Shown here: piece after piece, positions 17,149 through 25,216 of the stretch
Numbering within the stretch: the stretch's first letter is position 1
Layout of the letters: every line of letters begins with the position of its first letter
Source of the DNA: a virus
Lineage: Duplodnaviria > Caudoviricetes
DNA length: 25,356 nucleotides
Virus record (IMG/VR): IMGVR_UViG_3300025327_000147
Location: 1-25,356 of that record
Reading direction: 5' to 3' (one strand)
Made by a program: the position numbers and the translations under genes
The notes under the pieces: model-generated
What the model saw: only the letters and a program-made list of their open reading frames with translations
Told to the model about the DNA's origin: nothing
The model's database searches: none

Positions 17149-18309
17149 CTAAAGCCAGGGGTCACGTTCAGCGCAAATCACGCAAGGTCGGCGACTTGCG
17201 CCTTGTTCGTGCTCTGCTCGCAACGCTGTCATGTATTCGCCATTCCACCATTCCACGAAAGTCATCTTGTCAATGTGTGCATCTGCCGTTGTCAATTCTG
17301 TCAGGGCGTCGTGGCAGCACGCGTTGAATCGGCCATCCGCGACCATTGAACCAATGGCATAGATATGCTGGCAGGGCATAGACTTTACTTTATCCATCTT
17401 GATACGCGCTTCTTCTTCTGACACAACCCCCTCTAGCCACGGAGCCATGCCGTCCAGCGACTTTATTAAAATGTCATCCACTCCAGGCACATCAATCCAA
17501 TATCGAATGAAGTCAACCACCTGGTCGCGCGTATTTTCCTTATTGATCATTTGCAGTCGGACGAACGGCTTGGCCTCGCCGCGTGCCGCCTTCTTTTCGA
17601 GAAATGCCCGCACGCGGTTTACCGTGCGCTCGAATGCGCCCGTGTCATTCGGCTTCGTGCTGGGCCGATTGGCATCATAGACTTCGGCGGTTGTGCCGTC
17701 GATGCTGATAATAAGATCGTCCAATTGCGATCCGAGGATGCAACCCAAGTTTGGCACATCGCCATTGGTAGACAGATTGACGGCGCGAAAATCACCCGTA
17801 TGCTTAGCGACATTCACCATGTCGCTAATGTCATATCGTTTGTCATATCCAGGAGCAGAACCGCGCCACAGAAACGGTTCTGAGAGCTGGTATAAGCTTA
17901 TTCCATATACCAAATGTTTTCTGCACTCCTCCATGAGTTTGACAAAATGCTGCCATTTCATGTTTCCCTTGCGATTCGTTACCAGGATAGGACAAAAGAT
18001 GCATCTGCGATTGCACGAAGCATTCGGTTCCACGATGAAGTAACGCGGAAACAGGCCCGGCTTGCGCGCGCCATAGTCTTCGCGCGCCTTCTCCAGCGTC
18101 GGCGCGGACAGAGGCCTCAGCGCGCGCCGCACCGCCGCGCCGATGGCGTCCGCGTCGCCGCCGTGGTCGCGGGCCTGCCGCCAGCCGTGCGCGGAGAACG
18201 CGATTCCTTGTTTCTCTCTGATTCCCTTCATGCCAATCCCGTGTATGTCGAGCGGCGCATCCCATGCGCCAGGAAAAATAAAGGCCGTGAGCGGATTGAC
18301 TAACTCCAT
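17149..18309 (-). CDS. Radical SAM enzyme with SPASM/twitch domain, 386 aa
   Basis: CNRRCIFC, SEPFL, STNG, ISIDG; C-terminal PC...ACCHD...CVIC. Confidence 0.92.
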   Translation of the reverse strand: MELVNPLTAFIFPGAWDAPLDIHGIGMKGIREKQGIAFSAHGWRQARDHGGDADAIGAAVRRALRPLSAPTLEKAREDYGARKPGLFPRYFIVEPNASCNRRCIFCPILVTNRKGNMKWQHFVKLMEECRKHLVYGISLYQLSEPFLWRGSAPGYDKRYDISDMVNVAKHTGDFRAVNLSTNGDVPNLGCILGSQLDDLIISIDGTTAEVYDANRPSTKPNDTGAFERTVNRVRAFLEKKAARGEAKPFVRLQMINKENTRDQVVDFIRYWIDVPGVDDILIKSLDGMAPWLEGVVSEEEARIKMDKVKSMPCQHIYAIGSMVADGRFNACCHDALTELTTADAHIDKMTFVEWWNGEYMTALRAEHEQGASRRPCVICAERDPWL

Positions 18310-18316
18310 GGTGAAT

Positions 18317-18517
18317 CTATTCCTCGAGCTCTCGGTAATTGGAACCGAATTTTGTGTGTCCGTTCAGCCATCCCCTGATCCCCCCTGATCGACGAGGACA
18401 TTCCCACCAGACTTCGTAGGCTTTCTTGCCATTGCCCAGATCATAGCCCTCGAATTTCCGTTTCTTTTCCATTTTTTCGCCGCATTTCTCACAATAACGC
18501 TGTAGATCTTTCATCAT
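18317..18517 (-). CDS. Small zinc-finger-like protein
   Basis: YCEKCG...WECP; GAGG RBS. Confidence 0.6.
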   Translation of the reverse strand: MMKDLQRYCEKCGEKMEKKRKFEGYDLGNGKKAYEVWWECPRRSGGIRGWLNGHTKFGSNYRELEE

Positions 18518-18533
18518 TGTCCTCAATCCCCCT

Positions 18534-19208
18534 TTACCAGCTCCATTTCGCCTCCGTCGCCACGCCGTCCACGACGCGCATCACGCGCCCGTTATCGCCT
18601 GACTCGATCAGCCGCACGATCTCAGCGGCGACCGCTTCTGCCGGCTGCGGCACGGCGTCCGGCTTCGCGCCGCCCGTGGCCATGACATAGCGGCCCATAT
18701 CGGTGTCAGTCAACCCCGGACATACCGCATTAAAGCGTGTCCTTCCCCCGTATTCTCGAGCGTACCCCTGCATCAGCGCGATCTGTGCGGCGCACGCTGC
18801 CGCATAAGGCCCGGCATTCACGCCGCCTACCAGGCCGCGCGTCGATGAAACCATGACAACGCATCCAGGATGCCATTTCGGATCGCCGCCGAGCAGGAAT
18901 TGAAGCAGGAACATCGGTGAGAAAACGCGAATGGTGAACTGCCGATACCAGACTATGGCCGGATCGACGCGGCTTTGCCAGGGCGAACGCGAATACCATT
19001 CGCCATGACAGAATATCACCGCATCAAATCGCGGAATTTCCAAGCCGTTAAGCCAGTCTAGCAGGTAGCTATTCAGCAGTCCCGTATCCGAGAGGTCAAG
19101 CCGCTGACGCGATGGGGCATTTACCTCCCACCCGCGCACCCGCAGCAATTCCGCCGTGGCCGCGCCGATGCCGCGCGAGCCGCCCGTCACGAGAATAGTC
19201 TTGTTCAT
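18534..19208 (-). CDS. Short-chain dehydrogenase/reductase (SDR)
   Basis: ILVTGGSRGIG, VSS, NAVCPG.TDT; catalytic motif reads YAAAC. Confidence 0.9.
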   Translation of the reverse strand: MNKTILVTGGSRGIGAATAELLRVRGWEVNAPSRQRLDLSDTGLLNSYLLDWLNGLEIPRFDAVIFCHGEWYSRSPWQSRVDPAIVWYRQFTIRVFSPMFLLQFLLGGDPKWHPGCVVMVSSTRGLVGGVNAGPYAAACAAQIALMQGYAREYGGRTRFNAVCPGLTDTDMGRYVMATGGAKPDAVPQPAEAVAAEIVRLIESGDNGRVMRVVDGVATEAKWSW

Positions 19209-19399
19209 TTGCATACCTTCTTGGCGCATCTCACATGCATAACGATCTGCGGTCCGTCGCTCGATTTGCCGACAAGGGCGATTACATTCTTGTATCGTAT
19301 TGTCTTGCTACAATGTCCACACATCTCACCACGGACATATTCAGTCGAATATGCAATAATAGCGCCCACGCATGTGCTACTATATTGCTTATCCATCAT
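19205..19399 (-). CDS. Small Cys/His-rich protein, 64 aa
   Basis: CGHC...HVRC; GAGGG RBS; ATGA overlap with SDR. Confidence 0.6.
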   Translation of the reverse strand: MMDKQYSSTCVGAIIAYSTEYVRGEMCGHCSKTIRYKNVIALVGKSSDGPQIVMHVRCAKKVCK

Positions 19400-19406
19400 C
19401 CTTCCC

Positions 19407-19505
19407 TCACCGCCACAAACACAATTTCCCTGCCCGTGCCGGCGCGCGCCCAGCGCCGGTATAACGCGATCCGCCGGTGAGCAGCACTGTTTTTGTTGTC
19501 GTCAT
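19407..19505 (-). pseudogene. SDR N-terminal remnant (MTTTKTVLLTGGSR...), 32 aa
   Basis: Translated by hand; ATGA overlap with HNH stop; first ~14 aa parallel the downstream SDR. Confidence 0.55.
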
Positions 19506-20152
19506 TCGCAATTGTCCCTAATGAACTTCTCGCGCTTCTTATCATAGAACATTTGTTTACGATACCACTCTTTCCAATCGGTAGTCTTCTTGGATTGATT
19601 ACATCGCCCACATGCAGGCACTAAATTTTCAGGAGAATCATTACCGCCCGCCGCGAGAGCAACCAGGTGGTCAATGTGCTCGTATGCCTCTCCGCAATAA
19701 GCGCATTGGTGTCCAAAGAGAATCGCCCTCCGCTCACGCTGAGCGGGACTTGAAGAAGATCGGCTTCCTCTCTTGATTGCTCTTCGTTTTGCCTGATATG
19801 CCCGCCTATTTTCATGATGAGATTTGGAATATTGTCGCGCATATTCCAGTCTTTGATTTCGGCTTTTCTGATAACTTTCTCTAATCAATCGGCGCGCGGT
19901 ATCTAAATGTTTCCAATACCATCTCTTGTTACGAGCGCGAACCGTTGAACGATTGTTATTCTTCCATTTCTTTTCAATCGCCTTGCGCTTGTCCGGATTA
20001 TTCGCAGCCCATTCCCTGCTTCTCCTGTCCAAGTCTTCTCGATGGGTCGGATAAAATATCTTATTACGGTAACACTTCGAGCATAGGCCGCGTGCATAAT
20101 GTGGTCTATCAGGATGACAAGCCGCCCGTGGTCTGATTCCGCCTTTCGGCAT
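19502..20152 (-). CDS. Free-standing HNH endonuclease, 216 aa
   Basis: CAYCG...HIDHLVALAAGGNDSPENLVPACGRCNQSK; basic N-terminus; lower GC; GGAGGG RBS. Confidence 0.92.
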   Translation of the reverse strand: MPKGGIRPRAACHPDRPHYARGLCSKCYRNKIFYPTHREDLDRRSREWAANNPDKRKAIEKKWKNNNRSTVRARNKRWYWKHLDTARRLIRESYQKSRNQRLEYARQYSKSHHENRRAYQAKRRAIKRGSRSSSSPAQRERRAILFGHQCAYCGEAYEHIDHLVALAAGGNDSPENLVPACGRCNQSKKTTDWKEWYRKQMFYDKKREKFIRDNCE

Positions 20153-20154
20153 AA

Positions 20155-20301
20155 CAAAACGCCCTCCATATGCTGCCATCGTTGCTCAGACGAACGGCGG
20201 GACGCGTGTCCGCATATGCGAGGGCGCTTTGCCCACAATATCCAATTGTGGAATGATGGCGTAAGAAAGCAAAACGCCCCGATATTCTGTTCGCCTGAGC
20301 A
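20155..20301 (-). ncRNA. Structured leader / candidate antisense RNA switch upstream of HNH
   Basis: 18-bp RBS-sequestering stem with two inner hairpins, plus upstream segments complementary to it. Confidence 0.5.
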
Positions 20302-20306
20302 GGGTT

Positions 20307-20335
20307 ATTGTAACACATCTATGCGCGCGTTGCAA
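20307..20335 (-). promoter_or_regulatory. Sigma70-type promoter
   Basis: TTGCAA-17 nt-TACAAT with extended -10 TG. Confidence 0.7.
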
Positions 20336-21200
20336 TGACGACTATATCGCGTCCCTCTCCATGCCTGGCGAGATTTGCATAGTAAGCCAATCTTTCGTCG
20401 CGTGATCTATTCAAATCCATATGCTCAACGATGTCGTGGCATTTTGGCCCAATCTCTGGATTGTCAACGTAATTACCCGTACCATTTAGTATAAAATCTT
20501 CCATTGGATAAGTTGTTAACCATTCTATTGTCTTGAATCCGGTACGCCCCAATAAATTAGATAGCGATGCTTGATTAAAGTAACAGCAGTGTGTCTTGTC
20601 AATGAACCAATATCTGTTTTTGACAATATTGTTGGCTCTCGCCTGTCGTGCAGTCCATTCATTCGGCGCGACGAGCAACAGCACGCCGCCTTCCTTCAGT
20701 CGCGCGTGACACCAACGCAAGAAGCGGAACGGATCGGGCAGATGTTCAATGAGCCACAGCGCCGATATGAAATTAAATCCCCAACCATAATCCCAATCTT
20801 CCCACGAACCATTGAACAACGGCCATCCGAGTTTTTTGTCCGCATATTCACACGCGACACGATTGGGTTCTATGCCCCAGGGATTCCAGCCGCGTTCATG
20901 GACGGCATCTATGAAAAATCCATATCCCGCGCCCACATCCAACAAATCCCGTCCCGTCACATATTGCTCGATACAGTCCATCCAATCATCATAAATCACG
21001 TGCCACCATTCGCGCTGCTCCTCTATGCGTTCCAGCGCTCCCGGCTTTTCGCGCCAGAAATCTTTGACGTAATAGTCCGCCAGCGCCGCCGCGTCGGGCA
21101 GTGTCTCCAGATGCGCGAAGCCGCAAGCGTGACACGAAATCACGCGCAGGCCGTCACGCTCTCCCAGAAGCGGGCCGTTATGCAATGCGGCCTGAGCCAT
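20319..21200 (-). CDS. Class I SAM-dependent methyltransferase, 293 aa
   Basis: CHACG, LLDVGAGYGFF, GIEPN, LIEHLPDP, LKEGGVLLLVAPN. Confidence 0.92.
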   Translation of the reverse strand: MAQAALHNGPLLGERDGLRVISCHACGFAHLETLPDAAALADYYVKDFWREKPGALERIEEQREWWHVIYDDWMDCIEQYVTGRDLLDVGAGYGFFIDAVHERGWNPWGIEPNRVACEYADKKLGWPLFNGSWEDWDYGWGFNFISALWLIEHLPDPFRFLRWCHARLKEGGVLLLVAPNEWTARQARANNIVKNRYWFIDKTHCCYFNQASLSNLLGRTGFKTIEWLTTYPMEDFILNGTGNYVDNPEIGPKCHDIVEHMDLNRSRDERLAYYANLARHGEGRDIVVIATRA

Positions 21201-21283
21201 CAAATCCTGCCCACTTTGAATGCAATGACAATGCCGATACCCAATATCGCGAATGCTATTATCGTCCTGAGTAAGTCATCCAT
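21200..21283 (-). CDS. 27-aa single-TM peptide MDDLLRTIIAFAILGIGIVIAFKVGRI
   Basis: Translated by hand; GGGAG upstream; TGATG coupling to the methyltransferase. Confidence 0.55.
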   Translation of the reverse strand: MDDLLRTIIAFAILGIGIVIAFKVGRI

Positions 21284-21310
21284 CCATCGCGTTCTCCCAG
21301 AAGCGGGCCA

Positions 21311-21523
21311 TCATGCCGCGTCATTCGACTGAAACGCCGTCGGCATATTGATCATTTCCAGCCCGCCCACGCCTCCGAAATGCGTGATTTGTGATTCGCC
21401 TGCGCCCATGCTGATGCGCTCGAATCTCCCCCCCTCGTCCCATACATTGAATTCATATTCGCAGAAGGGACATTTCCAATTCCAATGATCCTCAAGATGA
21501 ACCCCCAAACATCTATGTCTCAT
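21311..21523 (-). CDS. Small CxxC protein, 70 aa
   Basis: WKCPFC; AAGGAG RBS. Confidence 0.55.
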   Translation of the reverse strand: MRHRCLGVHLEDHWNWKCPFCEYEFNVWDEGGRFERISMGAGESQITHFGGVGGLEMINMPTAFQSNDAA

Positions 21524-21524
21524 C

Positions 21525-22490
21525 TCATTCTCCTTCGATTCTGTCCGCCACGCGCACGACGCCCTGGCCATCGATCAGCCGCTTGCCCGCCGCGCTCATG
21601 GCGCGCCACATTTCATCGCGGCCCAGGATGGAGGCGGCCAGGTCGATCAGATCGTCCTTGTTGAATTCGTCCCATAGACCCGCCACGAACGCCGCGTTTT
21701 CCTGTTGCAATCGCAGCGCCGTCGAAACGTGGTCACCACTCAGACCATATAACACTGACGGCACGCCCGCCGCCGCCGCCTCATAGGCCGTCATGCCGAA
21801 TTGGCCAACGAGTAATGACGCGCCGTCCAAAATGGACGCCAGCGAACCGGGTGACGCGACGATGCGCGCACCACTCTCTGCCAGACTCGTGCCATAGGCG
21901 GCGGGGCCGACAACCTGAATGATCTCTCGCCCGCCCCGCACGTCTGCGTCCAGCAGCGCGCCCGCCGCCAGCCACGTCAAATCGTGCGGATCGCCGCCGC
22001 CGAAGCTGACGACAATCGGGCCATCCGGGTTCGGGACGCAGGCCGCAAAGCGCGGATCGATCACGATCAATTCCGCGCCGTACAGATAACCGTCATCCTC
22101 GTCGGGCACGGCTATCGTTTGGCAGACGACGAGGTCGGCATTCTCGCGCACCGCCTGCTCATCGCGCAGCGTCCAGCCGCTGCCGGCGACGACAATCACC
22201 TTACGGAATCGCGGGCGGGCCGCCTCGAGCAGCGCACGATCGGATCCGCCCTCGACGTCGACGACGAGCCAATCGCCGCCACGTTTCATCCACGACAAAT
22301 CATCTGGATGGTAATCCGTCGTTACGTGCGGTGAGCGGCGCAGGCGGTGGAATCCGGGCGTTTCGTGGGCCGTGGCGAATCGGCAGCGATGGCCGCGCCG
22401 TCCCAATTCATCGGCCAGGACAATGCTGCGGGCGACGTGACCCATGCCGTGCTGCCTGTCGCCGATGACCCAGAACAGAACGTCATTCAT
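21525..22490 (-). CDS. SpsG/PseG-like GT-B fold protein (nucleotide-sugar hydrolase or glycosyltransferase), 321 aa
   Basis: HGMGHVARSIVLA, LVVD, VSFGGGDP, VVGP, GMTAYEAAAAGVP. Confidence 0.85.
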   Translation of the reverse strand: MNDVLFWVIGDRQHGMGHVARSIVLADELGRRGHRCRFATAHETPGFHRLRRSPHVTTDYHPDDLSWMKRGGDWLVVDVEGGSDRALLEAARPRFRKVIVVAGSGWTLRDEQAVRENADLVVCQTIAVPDEDDGYLYGAELIVIDPRFAACVPNPDGPIVVSFGGGDPHDLTWLAAGALLDADVRGGREIIQVVGPAAYGTSLAESGARIVASPGSLASILDGASLLVGQFGMTAYEAAAAGVPSVLYGLSGDHVSTALRLQQENAAFVAGLWDEFNKDDLIDLAASILGRDEMWRAMSAAGKRLIDGQGVVRVADRIEGE

Positions 22491-22770
22491 CGCCGCCGTC
22501 CTTGATCCACACGACTTCGCCGTCTCGCTCCACACGCGCCGCCTCACCCGTCTCGGCGTCGGCGACGAGGACGTCGCCCGCCTTGAGAGCGACGGGCGCG
22601 ACAGGATGCAGGCCGCCGAATGGCAGGCCGACGGTATACGTCGGCTCGTACTTCGGCTCTATCTTCCAGCCGCCGAGTGTCGGCATGCGCCTCGTGCCGT
22701 TCTGATGAAGCGCGGCCACATCCTGCCCGCGCGGGCAGTCCTTCGCAAGCGTTCCGGACACCTCAAGCAT
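22483..22770 (-). CDS. Hypothetical protein, 95 aa
   Basis: AAGGGGG RBS; overlaps next start. Confidence 0.6.
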   Translation of the reverse strand: MLEVSGTLAKDCPRGQDVAALHQNGTRRMPTLGGWKIEPKYEPTYTVGLPFGGLHPVAPVALKAGDVLVADAETGEAARVERDGEVVWIKDGGDE

Positions 22771-22784
22771 GATGACCCCCTTTG

Positions 22785-23315
22785 TCAGCTGCGATTGGCT
22801 ATCCTCAGAAATTCAGCCTCATTCGTCTCGAGCATCAATTTCTGAGCCAGCAGATTATCGCCATAGGGTACGGATTCTCGAGGGTGAATGCAGAACCTGG
22901 CGATCACATTGCCGCCCGCGTCCATCTCGTCCACATTGGCTATTCGTCCCCGCCGCAGTCGGAAAGTGCGCCCGGTCTGGCCCCTGACGACGAGCGCCGC
23001 CATCTTCTCCATCGTCTCGCGTTCGGCGGGTGTCAGAAGTGACAGGAGCAAATCGTCGGCGCGGGCATCGGCCTGCCTGCGCTCCTCTGCGCGCCTGTCT
23101 GCCCATTGTCGCAGTTGTTTGTTTTCCAGGCGCATCTGCTCGCGTTCCTCTGCGGACAGTTCGCGCCGCGCCGTATAGACGACGCTGACGATATGAGTCG
23201 TTCCGCTAGTCAAATGCGTCCATGTCGCTGAACTGCATGTAGCCGTATTAGATGTATCCACCGCCCATGACTCCCAGGTGCCGGTCATGGAATTTGACTC
23301 AGTTAGGGCTGCCAC
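22785..23315 (-). CDS. Uncharacterised partner of the GG-terminal protein, 176 aa
   Basis: GTG 1 nt after upstream TAG; Thr/Ser/Trp-rich N-terminus, charged helix, then globular domain with FCIHP...GDNLLAQKLMLE. Confidence 0.7.
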   Translation of the reverse strand: MAALTESNSMTGTWESWAVDTSNTATCSSATWTHLTSGTTHIVSVVYTARRELSAEEREQMRLENKQLRQWADRRAEERRQADARADDLLLSLLTPAERETMEKMAALVVRGQTGRTFRLRRGRIANVDEMDAGGNVIARFCIHPRESVPYGDNLLAQKLMLETNEAEFLRIANRS

Positions 23316-23316
23316 G

Positions 23317-23544
23317 CTACCCACCCACCATGGGCGGGGCGAGGATGATTTTCTCGGCATCCGGATCGAATTCGGTGATGACCTCGCCCTTGTTGCCGCC
23401 TGGATTTACTTTGTAGGCCAGATAGCGATTATCCTGCTTCAGCCTATTGAAGGTCGCCCGCGCGGCCCCCACCTCCTCAGGGATCGTGCGATCCCAGGTA
23501 ATCTTGGTATCGCCCGTCCGATCGAGTACGTGCAGGGTGTTCAT
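23317..23544 (-). CDS. Putative ubiquitin-like/beta-grasp protein with C-terminal Gly-Gly, 75 aa
   Basis: AAGGAG RBS, ATGA overlap; strand-strand-helix-strand-strand-strand pattern; ends IILAPPMVGG. Confidence 0.7.
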   Translation of the reverse strand: MNTLHVLDRTGDTKITWDRTIPEEVGAARATFNRLKQDNRYLAYKVNPGGNKGEVITEFDPDAEKIILAPPMVGG

Positions 23545-24413
23545 GGTTGTCTCTCTCCTTCCTTGATTTTCGTCTGCGCCATGACTTCCATCACGCACAG
23601 TCCATCGTCCAGCGTTGCTGTTCGGTCGTCGCGTGCCGCGCCGCCCGTCGCCCACGCCAGCCACGCCGCGAGCGCATCGCGGTACATCTCGTCATTGGCA
23701 TAGAGCGACCAACCCTCCGAGTCGCGCCCGCCGTTCTTCTGGGTGGTCACGGTTGAAATGCGCGTCTTCGCGTCGATGCGATAGTCGTGGAAGCTCTCGC
23801 CATGCGCGTGCTCAATCGTTCCATATACCGTCAGGCCGTCCGTCTTCAAGCGGATAGAGTTGGCTGGACCGAACAGCCATAGCGCTGTGTCGATGGGATG
23901 TGCGGCGATATATGACAGGCAATCCGGGCCGTACTTGGCAAGCAAGTCATCACAGGCATAGAAGCGCGCGTATTCATTCATGATGATCTTGCGGGCCGCC
24001 TCACGGAGGATCGGATGGAAGCGATATTGGAAATCGACGGCGCAATGCAAATCTGCGCAGTCATCCAATAAATCGATCATCATCGGATTCATTTGTTCCA
24101 GGGCGATCAGCGGTTTTTCGACATAAAACGGAATGGAGCGCGCAGCGAATGCCTCCATCTGCTCTATATGAAATTGCGTAGGACTGGCGATAATCGCGGC
24201 ATCTACATCGTGATGGCGCTCGAGCGCCTTGCGCCAGTCCTCGTAGAGATACGTCACAGGCAGACTGTCATGATAGCCGTTCGAGATGGCGCTTTGCAGC
24301 GGACCCGCCAGGCGCGGGTCTGCGCCGACGATCAGGCAATCAGGCCGGAGCGCCTTCAGATTGCGCACATGACGCACGCCGATGTTGCCCAATCCGAATA
24401 CCAGCGCCTTCAT
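23541..24413 (-). CDS. Gfo/Idh/MocA NAD(P) oxidoreductase, 290 aa
   Basis: GLGNIGVRH, IIASPTQFH, VEKP, QYRFHP, HPID. Confidence 0.92.
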   Translation of the reverse strand: MKALVFGLGNIGVRHVRNLKALRPDCLIVGADPRLAGPLQSAISNGYHDSLPVTYLYEDWRKALERHHDVDAAIIASPTQFHIEQMEAFAARSIPFYVEKPLIALEQMNPMMIDLLDDCADLHCAVDFQYRFHPILREAARKIIMNEYARFYACDDLLAKYGPDCLSYIAAHPIDTALWLFGPANSIRLKTDGLTVYGTIEHAHGESFHDYRIDAKTRISTVTTQKNGGRDSEGWSLYANDEMYRDALAAWLAWATGGAARDDRTATLDDGLCVMEVMAQTKIKEGERQP

Positions 24414-25216
24414 CGCATCTCCCGCAGCGCCACGAAACGCTCGCCATACGCCGTCAGGCCGTCATCGTCCAGAAGCGACGTGCAGTCGCCGTTGGGCTGA
24501 ACGCGCGCGCCGTACCATGCCCAGCGCGCGACCCACGGCTGCGCCCGGAGCCAGGCGACAGATTCGGCCATCCACACAGCATCGCCGCATGTGCCGAATT
24601 CAGTGAGCCAGATCTGTACATCGTAGCCCTGCGCGGCAGCCTCATCGCGCCGCGTGCCCAGATACGCCGCCAGCGCGCCCGGAACGCTCACGTCGTAGAA
24701 ATGATACGCGAGTGCCTCGAAGCGCGGCGACTCGCCGTAGAGGGCGCGATATTCCGCGACCATCTGCCACAGCCAATCCGGGTGACGCTGCGACGGCGCC
24801 GGCGACACCAGGCGGCGATCGGGATGCCGATTCTCGATGATGCGCCATAGTTCGGCGGCATGGCGCGGCGATAGATTGGACTGGTCGGCCAAGTCAGGCT
24901 CGTTGAATCCCAGCAGCCATTCGGTGCCGATGGGATCGTCCATGTCCGTCTCTTTTTCGATCATGTCCACGTACACGTAGCGCGCCGCGTCCGGGCACGA
25001 AGATTCGTAGCCCCAATTATAGTACCATTCTGGCCGAAGCACATCCCAGTCGCCGCATTCCGGGAAGCCCATGCCTGCGCCATGACGCGGCAGATATTGA
25101 TGTGCCGCCAGCGGCACGTAGACGATGTGCGACGCGAGCGGCGCGGCGGGCACGGGATCGGGCTGAGAAGTGAACAGCAGCGCGAAGAGAACGGCCGTCA
25201 GCGCGATTCGGCGCAT
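24410..25216 (-). CDS. Secreted GH128-like glycoside hydrolase (beta-1,3-glucanase-like), 268 aa
   Basis: WYYNW, LGFNEPD, LVSPA, HFY, IWLTEFG, VARWAW; signal peptide MRRIALTAVLFALL; GGAG RBS. Confidence 0.85.
   Translation of the reverse strand: MRRIALTAVLFALLFTSQPDPVPAAPLASHIVYVPLAAHQYLPRHGAGMGFPECGDWDVLRPEWYYNWGYESSCPDAARYVYVDMIEKETDMDDPIGTEWLLGFNEPDLADQSNLSPRHAAELWRIIENRHPDRRLVSPAPSQRHPDWLWQMVAEYRALYGESPRFEALAYHFYDVSVPGALAAYLGTRRDEAAAQGYDVQIWLTEFGTCGDAVWMAESVAWLRAQPWVARWAWYGARVQPNGDCTSLLDDDGLTAYGERFVALREMR

Noticed and set aside
19502-20152. HNH as part of a group I intron or intein
   Set aside because: Flanking genes appear uninterrupted, and the HNH has its own promoter and RBS
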